The position numbers and the translations under genes were made by a program. Below the pieces are notes generated by a model. That model made no database searches. It saw nothing but the letters and a program-made list of their open reading frames with translations, and was not told where the DNA came from. A stretch of 39,023 nt of DNA from Coleofasciculaceae cyanobacterium OTE_70_metabat_329. Lineage in GTDB: Bacteria; Cyanobacteriota; Cyanobacteriia; Cyanobacteriales; JAAUUE01. Within the stretch, counting starts at the first letter, position 1, and each line of letters begins with the position of its first letter. The stretch is from the NCBI GenBank assembly GCA_031374985.1, contig JANMHD010000060.1, forward strand, positions 1 through 39,023, in the 5' to 3' direction. Below, piece after piece: positions 18,773 through 27,896 of this stretch.

Positions 18773-19250
18773 ATGCTCTCACTAGGGAAGCGATCGCCCA
18801 GATCAAGAGAGAAGATACAGTGAAAATAATTAGCAACAATCCCCCCAAGATCAGGAATACAAATAAGCGATCGGCTTTCTTGGTAGTTCTAGGCACAGAA
18901 AAATGTTGTTCTAGTAAATCCATATTCTTACTATTTGCTTTCCATGCCACATCAAATAGATCTCCAAATATGGGAAAAGAACCCACAAAAACATCGATTA
19001 AAATATTACTAACTAGGCGGACTAAAGTTTCCCGTGGCAGTCCTAACCGAGCAGCGGTAAATACAATATAAAAAGATAATAATCCTGTCACCAAATCCCC
19101 ACCACCGGGAACTAGCCCAATGATGGGGTCAAGACCAATACTGTAGGGAGTACCGGGTATCCCTAAAGACTTATCAAGAAGATTGCTCAACTTTCTGAGA
19201 TTGCGGAGAGTTTCAGCCGGAGATGCAACGGAAGATTTAGGGGCAGACAT
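18768..19250 (-). CDS. DUF4112 domain-containing membrane protein
   Basis: The track start is TTG 19292. ATG 19250 (preceded by AAGGA) gives MSAPKSS..., 160 aa. The motif GLDPIIGLVPGGGDLVTGLLSFYIV is typical of DUF4112. Confidence 0.75.
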   Translation of the reverse strand: MSAPKSSVASPAETLRNLRKLSNLLDKSLGIPGTPYSIGLDPIIGLVPGGGDLVTGLLSFYIVFTAARLGLPRETLVRLVSNILIDVFVGSFPIFGDLFDVAWKANSKNMDLLEQHFSVPRTTKKADRLFVFLILGGLLLIIFTVSSLLIWAIASLVRAW

Positions 19251-19305
19251 GATTGATCCTTTAGAGGAGCGACGGGTGGAATATTGCGGCAAAAATCACT
19301 TCAGG

Positions 19306-20187
19306 TTATTCAACTAATTGGCTAGAAGCATTAGCTATGGGAACCAACTGAACTGAGAGACCTTCCCGTGCCATGATAGTTTCTGGAAATTCCCGGGCGG
19401 CTTCTTCCCCTACTTGATCGAGAAAATCATCATTATGGAGAGGATCGTGGTGGAAAATAACTAGTTTCTTTACTTTAGCTGCGATCGCAATCTTCACCGC
19501 TTCTTGCCAAGTAGAGTGACCCCAGCCGACCTTCGGGTTATTGGGGGAATTATATTCAACATCAGTATAGGTAGCATCATAAATCATCACGTCGGCATTC
19601 TCAGCCAAGTACAGGACATTTTGATCTAAGTGGTCAGCAAAATGTTCTGTATCAGTAATATAGGCAGCAGTACAGCCCTGCCAGCTAATTCGATACCCCA
19701 CGGCCTCCCCCGGATGGTTTAAGCGAGCATTTTCCACCACCACTTCCCCAATCTCTAACTTTTCTCCCACCTCTATGTCATAAAATTTTAGGTCTGCACC
19801 CATAATTTGCAAAGGCACAGGAAAATTGGGGTGTAACATCTGATCATTCAGACGTTGTTTGATGGTTGCTCTATTTGGGGCAACTATGCCGTGAATATGA
19901 AAACAGTTTCCCTTAATAAAAGCTGGTGTAAAAAAAGGAAAACCTTGGATATGATCCCAGTGGGAATGGGTAAAAAATAAATAAGCCTCTACAGGCATCT
20001 GGGCTAGGAGAGACTGCCCTAGAACCCTCAGTCCAGTGCCGCCATCAAAAATTAGTCTTTTTCCCCCCACCCGCATTTCTATACAGGGGGTATTGCCACC
20101 ATACCTTACGGTTTCTGGACCGGGACAGGCAATGCTCCCTCTTACGCCCCAGAAGTGAATTGTAAATGAGTTTTGACTATTTGACAT
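19306..20187 (-). CDS. MBL-fold metallo-hydrolase
   Basis: 293 aa with ATG start and the metallo-beta-lactamase motif FTHSHWDHIQG. Confidence 0.85.
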   Translation of the reverse strand: MSNSQNSFTIHFWGVRGSIACPGPETVRYGGNTPCIEMRVGGKRLIFDGGTGLRVLGQSLLAQMPVEAYLFFTHSHWDHIQGFPFFTPAFIKGNCFHIHGIVAPNRATIKQRLNDQMLHPNFPVPLQIMGADLKFYDIEVGEKLEIGEVVVENARLNHPGEAVGYRISWQGCTAAYITDTEHFADHLDQNVLYLAENADVMIYDATYTDVEYNSPNNPKVGWGHSTWQEAVKIAIAAKVKKLVIFHHDPLHNDDFLDQVGEEAAREFPETIMAREGLSVQLVPIANASSQLVE

Positions 20188-20449
20188 GGGTTTGCGTTGG
20201 GTTAGGATTTTAGGACAATCAGGCTAAAATATTTATCGGCCGGGGCAAGTATTCAAATTATTTCAGTAAACCACAGAAATAATCAGCAAATTTTTATTCT
20301 TGGATTTGCCAACCTTAGCTTCTAATTTTATCTACAATTTTTAGTAACGAACCGGATAGTTAAATATTACCTAACATTAGGATTGTTTAGTCATCACTTT
20401 ACCTAATATTTCGATTAATATTAAAATAAATAGAAACCATTGATAATTT

Positions 20450-20707
20450 ATGGCAGCTAACATAGAAATCTATACTTGGAGCAGTTGTCCCTTTTGCATT
20501 CGCGCTAAGGGGCTACTCAACAAAAAGGGTGTCTCTTACCAAGAGTACTGTATTGACGGTGACAACGCAGCACGGGAAGCAATGACGGTGAGGGCTAGAG
20601 GCGGCAGGAGCCTACCCCAAATTTTTATTAATAATCAGCACATTGGTGGCTGTGATGATATCCATGCCCTAGATGCTCAAGGAAAGCTAGATTCTCTCTT
20701 AGCCTAG
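20450..20707 (+). CDS. grxC: Glutaredoxin (Grx3/GrxC type)
   Basis: 85 aa with active site CPFC, plus the TVPQIFI-like SLPQIFI and GGCDD motifs. Confidence 0.9.
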   Translation: MAANIEIYTWSSCPFCIRAKGLLNKKGVSYQEYCIDGDNAAREAMTVRARGGRSLPQIFINNQHIGGCDDIHALDAQGKLDSLLA

Positions 20708-20771
20708 ATATCCCCACTGAAAAATTTAGTTTAAAAGAGTTCAGTCGAAGGGATTAACCTAAGAATTTATC

Positions 20772-21929
20772 CTAAGAGTTCAGCAATCGCCAAGTATTTG
20801 CTCCTGCTATGCCATCTTGCTGTAAGCCTTGACTGCGTTGAAAAGCAATCACTGCATTACGGGTTGCCGTATCAAAACTGCCATTGATGGCTCCCGGATA
20901 AAAACCCCGACTCTGGAGTCGTTGTTGCAGTTGGCGGACAGCATCTCCACTATCTCCTTGCTTGAGGGTGGGTAGATCTGGGGTGGGTTGCGATCGCCAA
21001 CGTTGGGTAAATTGTGCCAGAATTTGGGGCGATAATTGACTCTCTAGCCACTGGATTGCCTGCTGTTGGTGGGGTAAATCTCGGAAAAAGCGATAGGTAT
21101 CTAAGATTTTTACTGTGGTAACAATTGGGGGCGGCGTAGGCTGGGGGGGCGGCGGAACAACTCGCAGGGCTTGGATTGTTACATCATCAGCAACACCATT
21201 GGGGTCTAATCCTTGGTATTTTTGGAAATTTTTGATTGCTTGCTGGGTTCCGGTACCAAAAACCCCATCGATCGGTCCTGGATTAAATCCTCTGGCTAAT
21301 AGTAATTGCTGTAACTCCGTCACCCTAGAACCAGTAGAACCGACCCGTAGGAAATTATCTACCGGGCTTCCGGCTAATTGAGTCCGCACATCTTGACGGA
21401 GGCGGGGCAACTGGCCATAGAGCCAATCTCCCGGACATTGGGTCGCCACAAAATCCCGATGCCCTCTAATATTATCGGGGCTGATTTTGCAGGATGAACA
21501 AATAGAAGCACATAGTTCTACGAGACTTTTCCACTGCACTGCTGGCATCTGGTAGGTAGTAAAAGTTCCTTCGTTTTCAATCCCCGGCGAGGCATTACCC
21601 TCGGTGGTTCCCGCATGAGCAGAACGGACGCAGCGCCCCCGTTTGATCGCTGCCAAAGAGTTTTGGCGGCCTTCTAGAAGAATTCCGCCGGTAGTATTCA
21701 GGAAATTATGCCCAGAGTCAGCCCAGCCAAAACCTTCCATATGCGCTCTTTGTAAGTTTCTGGCAAAGGTTCTAGCCCCGGCATCTGTCCCTCTGGAAGC
21801 ATCATTAGGAGGATTGGGGCTAGCAGTATGGTGGATGACAATAAATCTTGGTGTAGTCTCAGCAGGCCAGTTGGTGGGTGGTACTGCACCCCATTCTCTT
21901 GCAGAAATTACTGTGGCAGTAAAAGTCAT
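20772..21929 (-). CDS. N-acetylmuramoyl-L-alanine amidase (Amidase_2/PGRP type) with two PG_binding_1 domains
   Basis: 385 aa. The N-terminal amidase_2 region contains FIVIHHTA ... GHRDF..TQCPG. A P-rich linker (PPPPQPTPPP) follows. Two LysM-unrelated peptidoglycan-binding repeats are present (GSRVTELQQLLLARGFNPGPIDGVFG... and GDAVRQLQQRLQSRGFYPGAINGSFD...). Confidence 0.85.
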   Translation of the reverse strand: MTFTATVISAREWGAVPPTNWPAETTPRFIVIHHTASPNPPNDASRGTDAGARTFARNLQRAHMEGFGWADSGHNFLNTTGGILLEGRQNSLAAIKRGRCVRSAHAGTTEGNASPGIENEGTFTTYQMPAVQWKSLVELCASICSSCKISPDNIRGHRDFVATQCPGDWLYGQLPRLRQDVRTQLAGSPVDNFLRVGSTGSRVTELQQLLLARGFNPGPIDGVFGTGTQQAIKNFQKYQGLDPNGVADDVTIQALRVVPPPPQPTPPPIVTTVKILDTYRFFRDLPHQQQAIQWLESQLSPQILAQFTQRWRSQPTPDLPTLKQGDSGDAVRQLQQRLQSRGFYPGAINGSFDTATRNAVIAFQRSQGLQQDGIAGANTWRLLNS

Positions 21930-21996
21930 TTTCTAAAAAAAATTGTTCTGTTTATTACATAGAGATTATATAGCAATCTTTAAGCATAAAAATAGA

Positions 21997-22464
21997 TCAG
22001 TTATCACGGGAGGCTCGCTGATGGGAGATTCTGATAATTAGGTAGCTAATTGAGAGAGCGAAAATGGCAACTCCTAAACCAATAATAGATATGCCAGTAG
22101 TTTTATCAAGGTCAAGAATAATAATCTTGCGGGCGATCGCTACCAAGGAAGTAACTATTACAAGTTCTACCTGAATTATATGACTACGTAAGTAGGCTGT
22201 GATATTCTCTAGAATTTCTAGGGCAATTAGGATGTTAAGAAACATACCAAAAATCTCAAATAAACCTCGATTAAGTAATATCCTCGGATCTAGAGCTAGG
22301 TCTACTACAATAAGTCTAATTAAATCAATAGTTGCTACTATAATAACTAGAATCATTGCTAAAGATAAAACCTTCGCTAAGATAGTTTGTATCTTCTCAA
22401 TAGTGTGTAAGAAGCCCTTGTCTTTCCACAGATTAGCTACACCTCTCCAAAAATTTTGCATCAT
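21997..22464 (-). CDS. PsiE-family (phosphate-starvation-inducible E-like) membrane protein
   Basis: 155 aa with four hydrophobic segments. The VELVIVTSLVAIARKIIILD block resembles PsiE-family proteins. Confidence 0.6.
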   Translation of the reverse strand: MMQNFWRGVANLWKDKGFLHTIEKIQTILAKVLSLAMILVIIVATIDLIRLIVVDLALDPRILLNRGLFEIFGMFLNILIALEILENITAYLRSHIIQVELVIVTSLVAIARKIIILDLDKTTGISIIGLGVAIFALSISYLIIRISHQRASRDN

Positions 22465-22519
22465 AAAATTATTTATATTGAAGATAGCTACGTCGGCTAT
22501 TATGTTATCATCTCCTTAA

Positions 22520-22891
22520 CTACTTTATAACTAAATGCATTCCTATAAAAGTAGCAATTAAACCTGATCCTAGAGTGCCTAATATATAGGCTAGGGCCAG
22601 AAAGCTACTCCCTTGTTGCCAGAATAGGTTATTTTCGTAAGCAAAGGCGGAGAAGGTGGTAAAGCCACCGCAGAATCCTGTCGCTAGGAGCAATTTAATT
22701 TCTGTTTGATTGCCAATGCTATATTTTTGCAGTGCTGCATAGATTACTCCAATTAGAAAGCAGCCAATTAGATTTACGGCTAAAGTACCAAAGGGTATAC
22801 CTCCCATCCGATTACTAACTAGCTTCGTGACTATATATCTGGCAACACTGCCGGCTCCCCCACCCAAAAATACTAGCCCTAGATGCTGCAT
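22520..22891 (-). CDS. crcB: Fluoride efflux channel CrcB/FluC
   Basis: 123 aa with GGGAGSVARY, GTLAVNLIGCFLIG and GFCGGFTTFSAF motifs. Confidence 0.9.
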   Translation of the reverse strand: MQHLGLVFLGGGAGSVARYIVTKLVSNRMGGIPFGTLAVNLIGCFLIGVIYAALQKYSIGNQTEIKLLLATGFCGGFTTFSAFAYENNLFWQQGSSFLALAYILGTLGSGLIATFIGMHLVIK

Positions 22892-22953
22892 AAAAAATCT
22901 CTTTAATAATTTTTTCCTCAGAGATAGTATAGGGAGGTAAGAAGATTTTTGCT

Positions 22954-23550
22954 ATGATTTTTACTATGGAAGAACCCCTGCGATCGCTTCACCTACCCTT
23001 GTCCCCTCAGCAATTGAAGGAGGGAAGTATCTACTTAGGGCAAGCTTTCTGCGGTTTAGCGGCTTTAGCTCAGATTGATTCTGAAGATTTAGCTAAGACA
23101 ATGGAAATAATGGTGGCCATGATGGCACAGCAATCAGAAAATTCCCTGTTTCATTCCCCTGTTGTCAAGGCCGATTTCTCAAAATTAAGCGATCGCTTAC
23201 TTAGCCAACCCCAAGACAACCCTTTGTGGAGTCCCCTAACTTCCTCAGAATTAGCCTTCTCAATTCAATTTCTTAGCTATCTCTGTCAACAGCACCAAGA
23301 ACTAATTCGCCGGGCTGTCAGTCTAATGGAACAGATGACAAAAGAAGGTAAGGATCCTTGGCAGATAAGTTTACTAAAAGACTATAATCAAAGGCTGATA
23401 GCTTCCTATTCTCCCCGTGTACCCCACTTAAAAGACAGGGAATTCTATCAATGGAGCGGAAAAATACTCCTTGATTTATTATTTTATAGCTCCCCCTACG
23501 GACAGCCCCGTTTGTTGTTAAGGTGTACTCAGCCTCCTAATTTAATATAA
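22954..23550 (+). CDS. Conserved hypothetical protein (possibly DUF3038 family)
   Basis: 198-aa ORF with ATG start and GGGAGGT 15 nt upstream. The family assignment is from memory only, based on DUF3038/DUF4335 gene pairs in cyanobacteria. Confidence 0.6.
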   Translation: MIFTMEEPLRSLHLPLSPQQLKEGSIYLGQAFCGLAALAQIDSEDLAKTMEIMVAMMAQQSENSLFHSPVVKADFSKLSDRLLSQPQDNPLWSPLTSSELAFSIQFLSYLCQQHQELIRRAVSLMEQMTKEGKDPWQISLLKDYNQRLIASYSPRVPHLKDREFYQWSGKILLDLLFYSSPYGQPRLLLRCTQPPNLI

Positions 23551-23569
23551 TTAACCCCCAATTTTGCTA

Positions 23570-24988
23570 ATGGATCGCCGCTTCTACACCCCGCCCACTT
23601 GTACTCTTCTGGTTGAAACTCCTACTAATTGGCTGCCCAAGATTTCTCGAAAATCAGAGCAGCTTAATATTGCTAATCTAGGTAACTTTAATTTTGCTTT
23701 GAGCTTTGATGATCCCCGTCAAACTAGAGAGGGGATTACAGTGAAGGGCGATCGCTCCCTCTTCGAGCGGCTTCATTTAGTAGTCAATACCTACATCCAG
23801 AGGTTATTAGCCACCCCACCTCAGCTAATTCCTGCTGCAACCAAAGCTCAAACTAATCCTGCTAATCTGCAACTTCAGCAACAAGACTTCTTCACTCATA
23901 CTCTTTATTTAGGAGAGATTCCCCCAACAACAACAGTATCTAAAATTGACCTAACTACTACCCAACTGTTTGACTTAGCCACTGCCCTAGATGCCTACAC
24001 TAGAGACCTAGATATACCGACCCCAGTTAACTATTGGTGGAAAAGTAAATGGTTTTCTAGCTGGGGGTTAGGAGCTACGGCTATTTTTCTATTCATGGGT
24101 TTAACTTCCCTAGGGTTTCAGCTTCTACAGGCTCGTAACTCTGCTAATTCCACTCCAGAAACCCCCTTACCTAGTAGAAATAATTCTGTGACTTCAGAAC
24201 TGCAAATATTTCCTACCCCGAAAGCCTCTATTCCCCCACTCCCAAAGGTTTCTCCCTTAGGCACTGCCCAGAAATTATCCTTGCCCGCCCCAGTTTCGCC
24301 TCCATTTAGTGGTGTTGCCCCGTCCACACCCCTTTTAGTCCCACCTGAGCGGGGAGGAGGTTCTTCTTTGGTATTTCCTGAGCCGGGAAATCTCTCAGTT
24401 AATAATTCTAATAATTCTGATAATTTAACTAATAACGGGGCTGAACTGGTTCCTAGTCCTAGACAAGTGGGCAGAAATCAGGGAAATAATTCTGCGCCTG
24501 TTTCTCCTCAAAACCCCTCTATTACGCCCGTCTCGCCTCTGCCAGAACTCCCCAATCTCAATCCTGAGGCAGTAATTAAAATTCCACCCCAAGAAGTACC
24601 ACCCATCAGGGTTAATGAAGACTTAAGTATTAATTATAGAAATTCCTCCAATCTAGGATATCTGGGATCTCAAACATCTCTGATGGGGGAATCTTTATTC
24701 GATCGCATTCCCCAAGTACCGGAGGTGAGAAAATATCTCCAAGCCCGCTGGCAGCCACCTGTAGGATTAAGTCAAATATTAGAATATAGTATTCTGCTAA
24801 ATAGCAATGGGTCGATCGCCCAAATTATTCCCCTTGGTCAAGCAGCTTCTGCAAATATTGATCGATTGGGGATGCCTTCTCTAAATACTCCTTTTGTTTC
24901 TCCTATAGTTAGAGGAGGAAACCCTAAAATTCGGATTGTACTGACCCCAGAAGGAGGAGTAGAAACTTTTCTGGAATCTCTCAATTAA
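23570..24988 (+). CDS. Hypothetical protein (possibly DUF4335 family) with long P/S/N-rich central region
   Basis: The track start is TTG 23564. ATG 23570 gives MDRRFYTPPTCTLLVE.... There is one TM segment (WGLGATAIFLFMGLTSLGF) and a low-complexity P/S/N linker. The family assignment is tentative. Confidence 0.6.
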   Translation: MDRRFYTPPTCTLLVETPTNWLPKISRKSEQLNIANLGNFNFALSFDDPRQTREGITVKGDRSLFERLHLVVNTYIQRLLATPPQLIPAATKAQTNPANLQLQQQDFFTHTLYLGEIPPTTTVSKIDLTTTQLFDLATALDAYTRDLDIPTPVNYWWKSKWFSSWGLGATAIFLFMGLTSLGFQLLQARNSANSTPETPLPSRNNSVTSELQIFPTPKASIPPLPKVSPLGTAQKLSLPAPVSPPFSGVAPSTPLLVPPERGGGSSLVFPEPGNLSVNNSNNSDNLTNNGAELVPSPRQVGRNQGNNSAPVSPQNPSITPVSPLPELPNLNPEAVIKIPPQEVPPIRVNEDLSINYRNSSNLGYLGSQTSLMGESLFDRIPQVPEVRKYLQARWQPPVGLSQILEYSILLNSNGSIAQIIPLGQAASANIDRLGMPSLNTPFVSPIVRGGNPKIRIVLTPEGGVETFLESLN

Positions 24989-25126
24989 GAACAATTAAGT
25001 TACGGTAAACCGCCACTATTCCCGCCTTATTTCCTGTACTACTCTGGATTAATATAAAAAGTAGGTCTTCAGCAAACCCCCAATAAATTTTCACCATACA
25101 CCCTTTTCTAGCCTGTTTAATATAGG

Positions 25127-25146
25127 CAAGGGGCTTAAGCCCCTTG
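25127..25146. repeat. Perfect 20-bp palindrome CAAGGGGCTTAAGCCCCTTG (dispersed module)
   Basis: Exact self-complement. This is the same module as 13806-13825, with flanks in the opposite orientation (AGG...TTC versus GAA...CCT). Confidence 0.85.
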
Positions 25147-25228
25147 TTCTCTGAGAAAAATACGTAGAAAAATACGTTTTTTCAGGCCTATAAAAGGCTG
25201 TAATAATTACCCCATTTTAGTAATCCCT

Positions 25229-25552
25229 ATGTCATTTTTTGATTCTGAAATTGTTCAACAGGAAGCCAAGCAGTTGTTTCACGACTATCAATCCCTAATG
25301 CAACTGGGCGGTGATTACGGCAAGTTCGATCGTGAAGGTAAAAAGCTCTTTATTGACCAGATGGAAAGTATTATGGAGCGCTACAAAATTTTCATGAAAC
25401 GTTTTGAACTATCCGATGATTTTATGGCTCAAATGACCGTACAGCAACTCCAAACCCAACTAGGACAGTTTGGGATTACGCCCCAACAAATGTTTGATCA
25501 GATGAATCTGACTTTAGAAAGAATGAAGGCAGAGCTAGAAAAGCAAACTTAG
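25229..25552 (+). CDS. Conserved cyanobacterial protein (DUF1825-like)
   Basis: 107 aa. MSFFDSEIVQQEAKQLFHDYQSL... resembles the DUF1825 family as I recall it. Confidence 0.65.
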   Translation: MSFFDSEIVQQEAKQLFHDYQSLMQLGGDYGKFDREGKKLFIDQMESIMERYKIFMKRFELSDDFMAQMTVQQLQTQLGQFGITPQQMFDQMNLTLERMKAELEKQT

Positions 25553-25565
25553 ATTTGGGTGAAAG

Positions 25566-27485
25566 CTAGGGCTGATTGAAAGAAGTTACGGAAGGAAAAT
25601 ATTGTACCGGCTCATCTTTTAATGCTTCTAGCATAAAATCTCTCCATACAGGGGCTGCGTAAGTTCCTCCAGTGACACCGCCACCAATAGGGGCATTATT
25701 GTCATTACCTAGCCACACTGCCACTGACAACTGAGGTACATAGCCCACAAACCACACATCTCGCTCAGAAGAAGTGGTTCCGGTTTTCCCCGCGGCTTGG
25801 CGACCAATCTGCGCCGATCGAGCTGTCCCCTCAGTAATTACCCCTGTCATCACGGCATTTAGGGAAGCCGTAGCCCAAGGATCTAACAATAATTTGGGCT
25901 TAGGAGTATTATCTAACAGCACATTCCCATTAGGATCTGTCACCCTAGCAATAATAGTTGTGTCGGAATGCCAACCATTATTAGCGAAAGTCGCAAAGGC
26001 TCCAGCCATTTCTAGGGGAGTCAAACCCACGGAACCCAAAGGTAAGGAAAGAACCGGCTCCATCGGGCTTTTAATCCCCAAACTACGACATAGTTCAATC
26101 ACTCGATCTAACCCCAAATCTTGCCCCATCTTCAGTACCGGAATATTCCGAGATTGAATCAGGGAAGTGCGGGCTGTCATGGAGCCGCCATACCCACCGC
26201 CATAGTTGTTGGGAGTGTATACTTCCTCTCCATCTCGGAGGGTGATGGGTTTATCTACTACGATCGTATCGGGGGTATATTTCCCACTGGCAAAGGCCAA
26301 GTAATAGACAAAAGGCTTAAAGGCAGAACCCGGTTGACGGCGAGATTGAATGGCTCGATTGAACTGGCTCCGCCCAGGATCAGAGCTGCCCACGATCGCC
26401 TTTACGAAATGAGTCCGGGGGTCTACAGCCGCTAAGGCAAGTTGATCAGCATTAACTCCATTATTAAGAAGTTGTTCATGCTCCCGGCGCACTACCTGTT
26501 CTGCCATTTTCTGGAAATTATAATCCACTGTAGTCTGAATCCGCATTCCCCCTTTAAGGACAGTCTCTTCTCCAAAACGCTGATTTAGCTCACTAATCAC
26601 AGCTTCAGTAATAATCGGCAGCTCGCTAGTTTGCCAAGAGGTGATTTTACCTAGCTTAATTGGCTGTTGTTTGGCTGCCTGTGCCTCTGTGGCCGTAATC
26701 CAGCCTAGCTGTTGCATTCGCTGAATCACCAAGGCTTGCCTAGTCTTAGCTGCCTTCATATCTACAAAGGGACTGTACTCTTCTGGGGCTTGGATTAACC
26801 CAGCTAACATGGTTGCCTCTCCAAGGGTCAGGTCTTTAGCCGATTTGCCAAAATAGCTTTGAGAGGCAGTTTGCACCCCGTAGGTATTGTGTCCCCAGTA
26901 AACTTGGTTGAGGTAGAGTTCTAGTATTTCTGTTTTAGAAAACACCTGTTCCACCCGCACAGCGAGGACTGCCTCGGCAACTTTGCGGTTGAAGGTACGA
27001 TCGCGGGAGAGAAATAAATTCTTAACTAGCTGCATGGTCATAGTAGAACCACCTTCCACTACAGATCCTTCTCGGTAGTTGGCAAAGAAAGCTCGCCCTA
27101 AGCTGGTAGGATTTACCCCTTGGTGTTGATAGAAATGGCTGTCTTCGATCGCCATCACCGCCCGCTTAAGATTGGGGGATATCTGATCTAGCTTCACCAC
27201 TTCTCGATTAGCTTCTCCATGGAGACTAGTTAGGGGTTTCCCCTTAATATCATAAATATGGGTAGTTTGAGGTGGAGTATAGGTTTTCAGAGATCGGACA
27301 TCGGGCAAATTCCGAAAGCTAGAGGCTAATCCTACCAGCACTCCTGCCGCCACGGAACTAGCAATCATCGTCGTGGCCAAGATAGTTCCCCCAGTAACTT
27401 GGACTATCCCTTGGACATAATCAAGAATTGGCGAACTCCGCCGCCTTCTAACTCTGGGTTCCCTTTGAATCGTAGTTGATGACAC
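25566..27485 (-). CDS. Class A penicillin-binding protein (GT51 glycosyltransferase + transpeptidase)
   Basis: 639 aa. The GT51 motifs are EDSHFYQHQGV, GGSTMTMQLVKN and RKVAEAV. The transpeptidase motifs are SAFKPF (SxxK), SRN and KTGT. The start is GTG (27485), there is no in-frame ATG before the TM anchor, so the start is uncertain. Confidence 0.9.
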   Translation of the reverse strand: MSSTTIQREPRVRRRRSSPILDYVQGIVQVTGGTILATTMIASSVAAGVLVGLASSFRNLPDVRSLKTYTPPQTTHIYDIKGKPLTSLHGEANREVVKLDQISPNLKRAVMAIEDSHFYQHQGVNPTSLGRAFFANYREGSVVEGGSTMTMQLVKNLFLSRDRTFNRKVAEAVLAVRVEQVFSKTEILELYLNQVYWGHNTYGVQTASQSYFGKSAKDLTLGEATMLAGLIQAPEEYSPFVDMKAAKTRQALVIQRMQQLGWITATEAQAAKQQPIKLGKITSWQTSELPIITEAVISELNQRFGEETVLKGGMRIQTTVDYNFQKMAEQVVRREHEQLLNNGVNADQLALAAVDPRTHFVKAIVGSSDPGRSQFNRAIQSRRQPGSAFKPFVYYLAFASGKYTPDTIVVDKPITLRDGEEVYTPNNYGGGYGGSMTARTSLIQSRNIPVLKMGQDLGLDRVIELCRSLGIKSPMEPVLSLPLGSVGLTPLEMAGAFATFANNGWHSDTTIIARVTDPNGNVLLDNTPKPKLLLDPWATASLNAVMTGVITEGTARSAQIGRQAAGKTGTTSSERDVWFVGYVPQLSVAVWLGNDNNAPIGGGVTGGTYAAPVWRDFMLEALKDEPVQYFPSVTSFNQP

Positions 27486-27643
27486 TAAAGATAATCCTTA
27501 TCTTGAATAACACTTGAATAACAGATTTCAGCTTCTATAGTTATACAGCAGTTTTTAAATATGTTGCCATAAAAGCCAACCCTGATCATAAACCAAGGCT
27601 GGCGATTTTTCCTTTGGGAGCTACTAGATGAATCGATACCTAG

Positions 27644-27770
27644 ATACAGCACTTTTCAACTTAGTGAGGTACATAATTGACTTTAAATTTCCCTTTACTC
27701 TAGCGTAGCGGCACGAACGTGCGGGGATTCAGAGTTTTTTTTGGGTGCATCTCAATGAAAAGTGCTGTAT
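27644..27770. mobile_element. 127-bp MITE with perfect 14-bp terminal inverted repeats
   Basis: ATACAGCACTTTTC (27644-27657) is inverted against GAAAAGTGCTGTAT (27757-27770). If the true TIR starts at CAGC, both ends are flanked by TA. There is no ORF. Confidence 0.7.
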
Positions 27771-27880
27771 ATCCCTTTGCAACTTGATGAGATACGAGAT
27801 TGATCTTGAAATCCCCCTTGTAAAGGAGGATTCAGAAGGTTTTTCTAGCTTCATCTGAATAAAAACAAAAACTGCCGTAT
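27771..27880. mobile_element. Second, 5'-truncated and diverged copy of the same MITE family in tandem
   Basis: It shares TTTGCAACTTGATGAGATAC... (compare TTTTCAACTTAGTGAGGTAC...), GGATTCAGA and the end AAAACTGCCGTAT (compare AAAAGTGCTGTAT). The left TIR is missing. Boundaries are approximate. Confidence 0.5.
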
Positions 27881-27896
27881 TATTCAGCCAAGGATT

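Noticed and set aside
22892-22953. Fluoride riboswitch upstream of crcB
   Set aside because: The only upstream DNA is a 62-bp AT-rich divergent gap. Read on the minus strand, it shows none of the conserved crcB-motif segments I know (GGCGAUG... / ...CUGAUGAUGCC-like). A covariance-model scan (Rfam RF01734) would be decisive.
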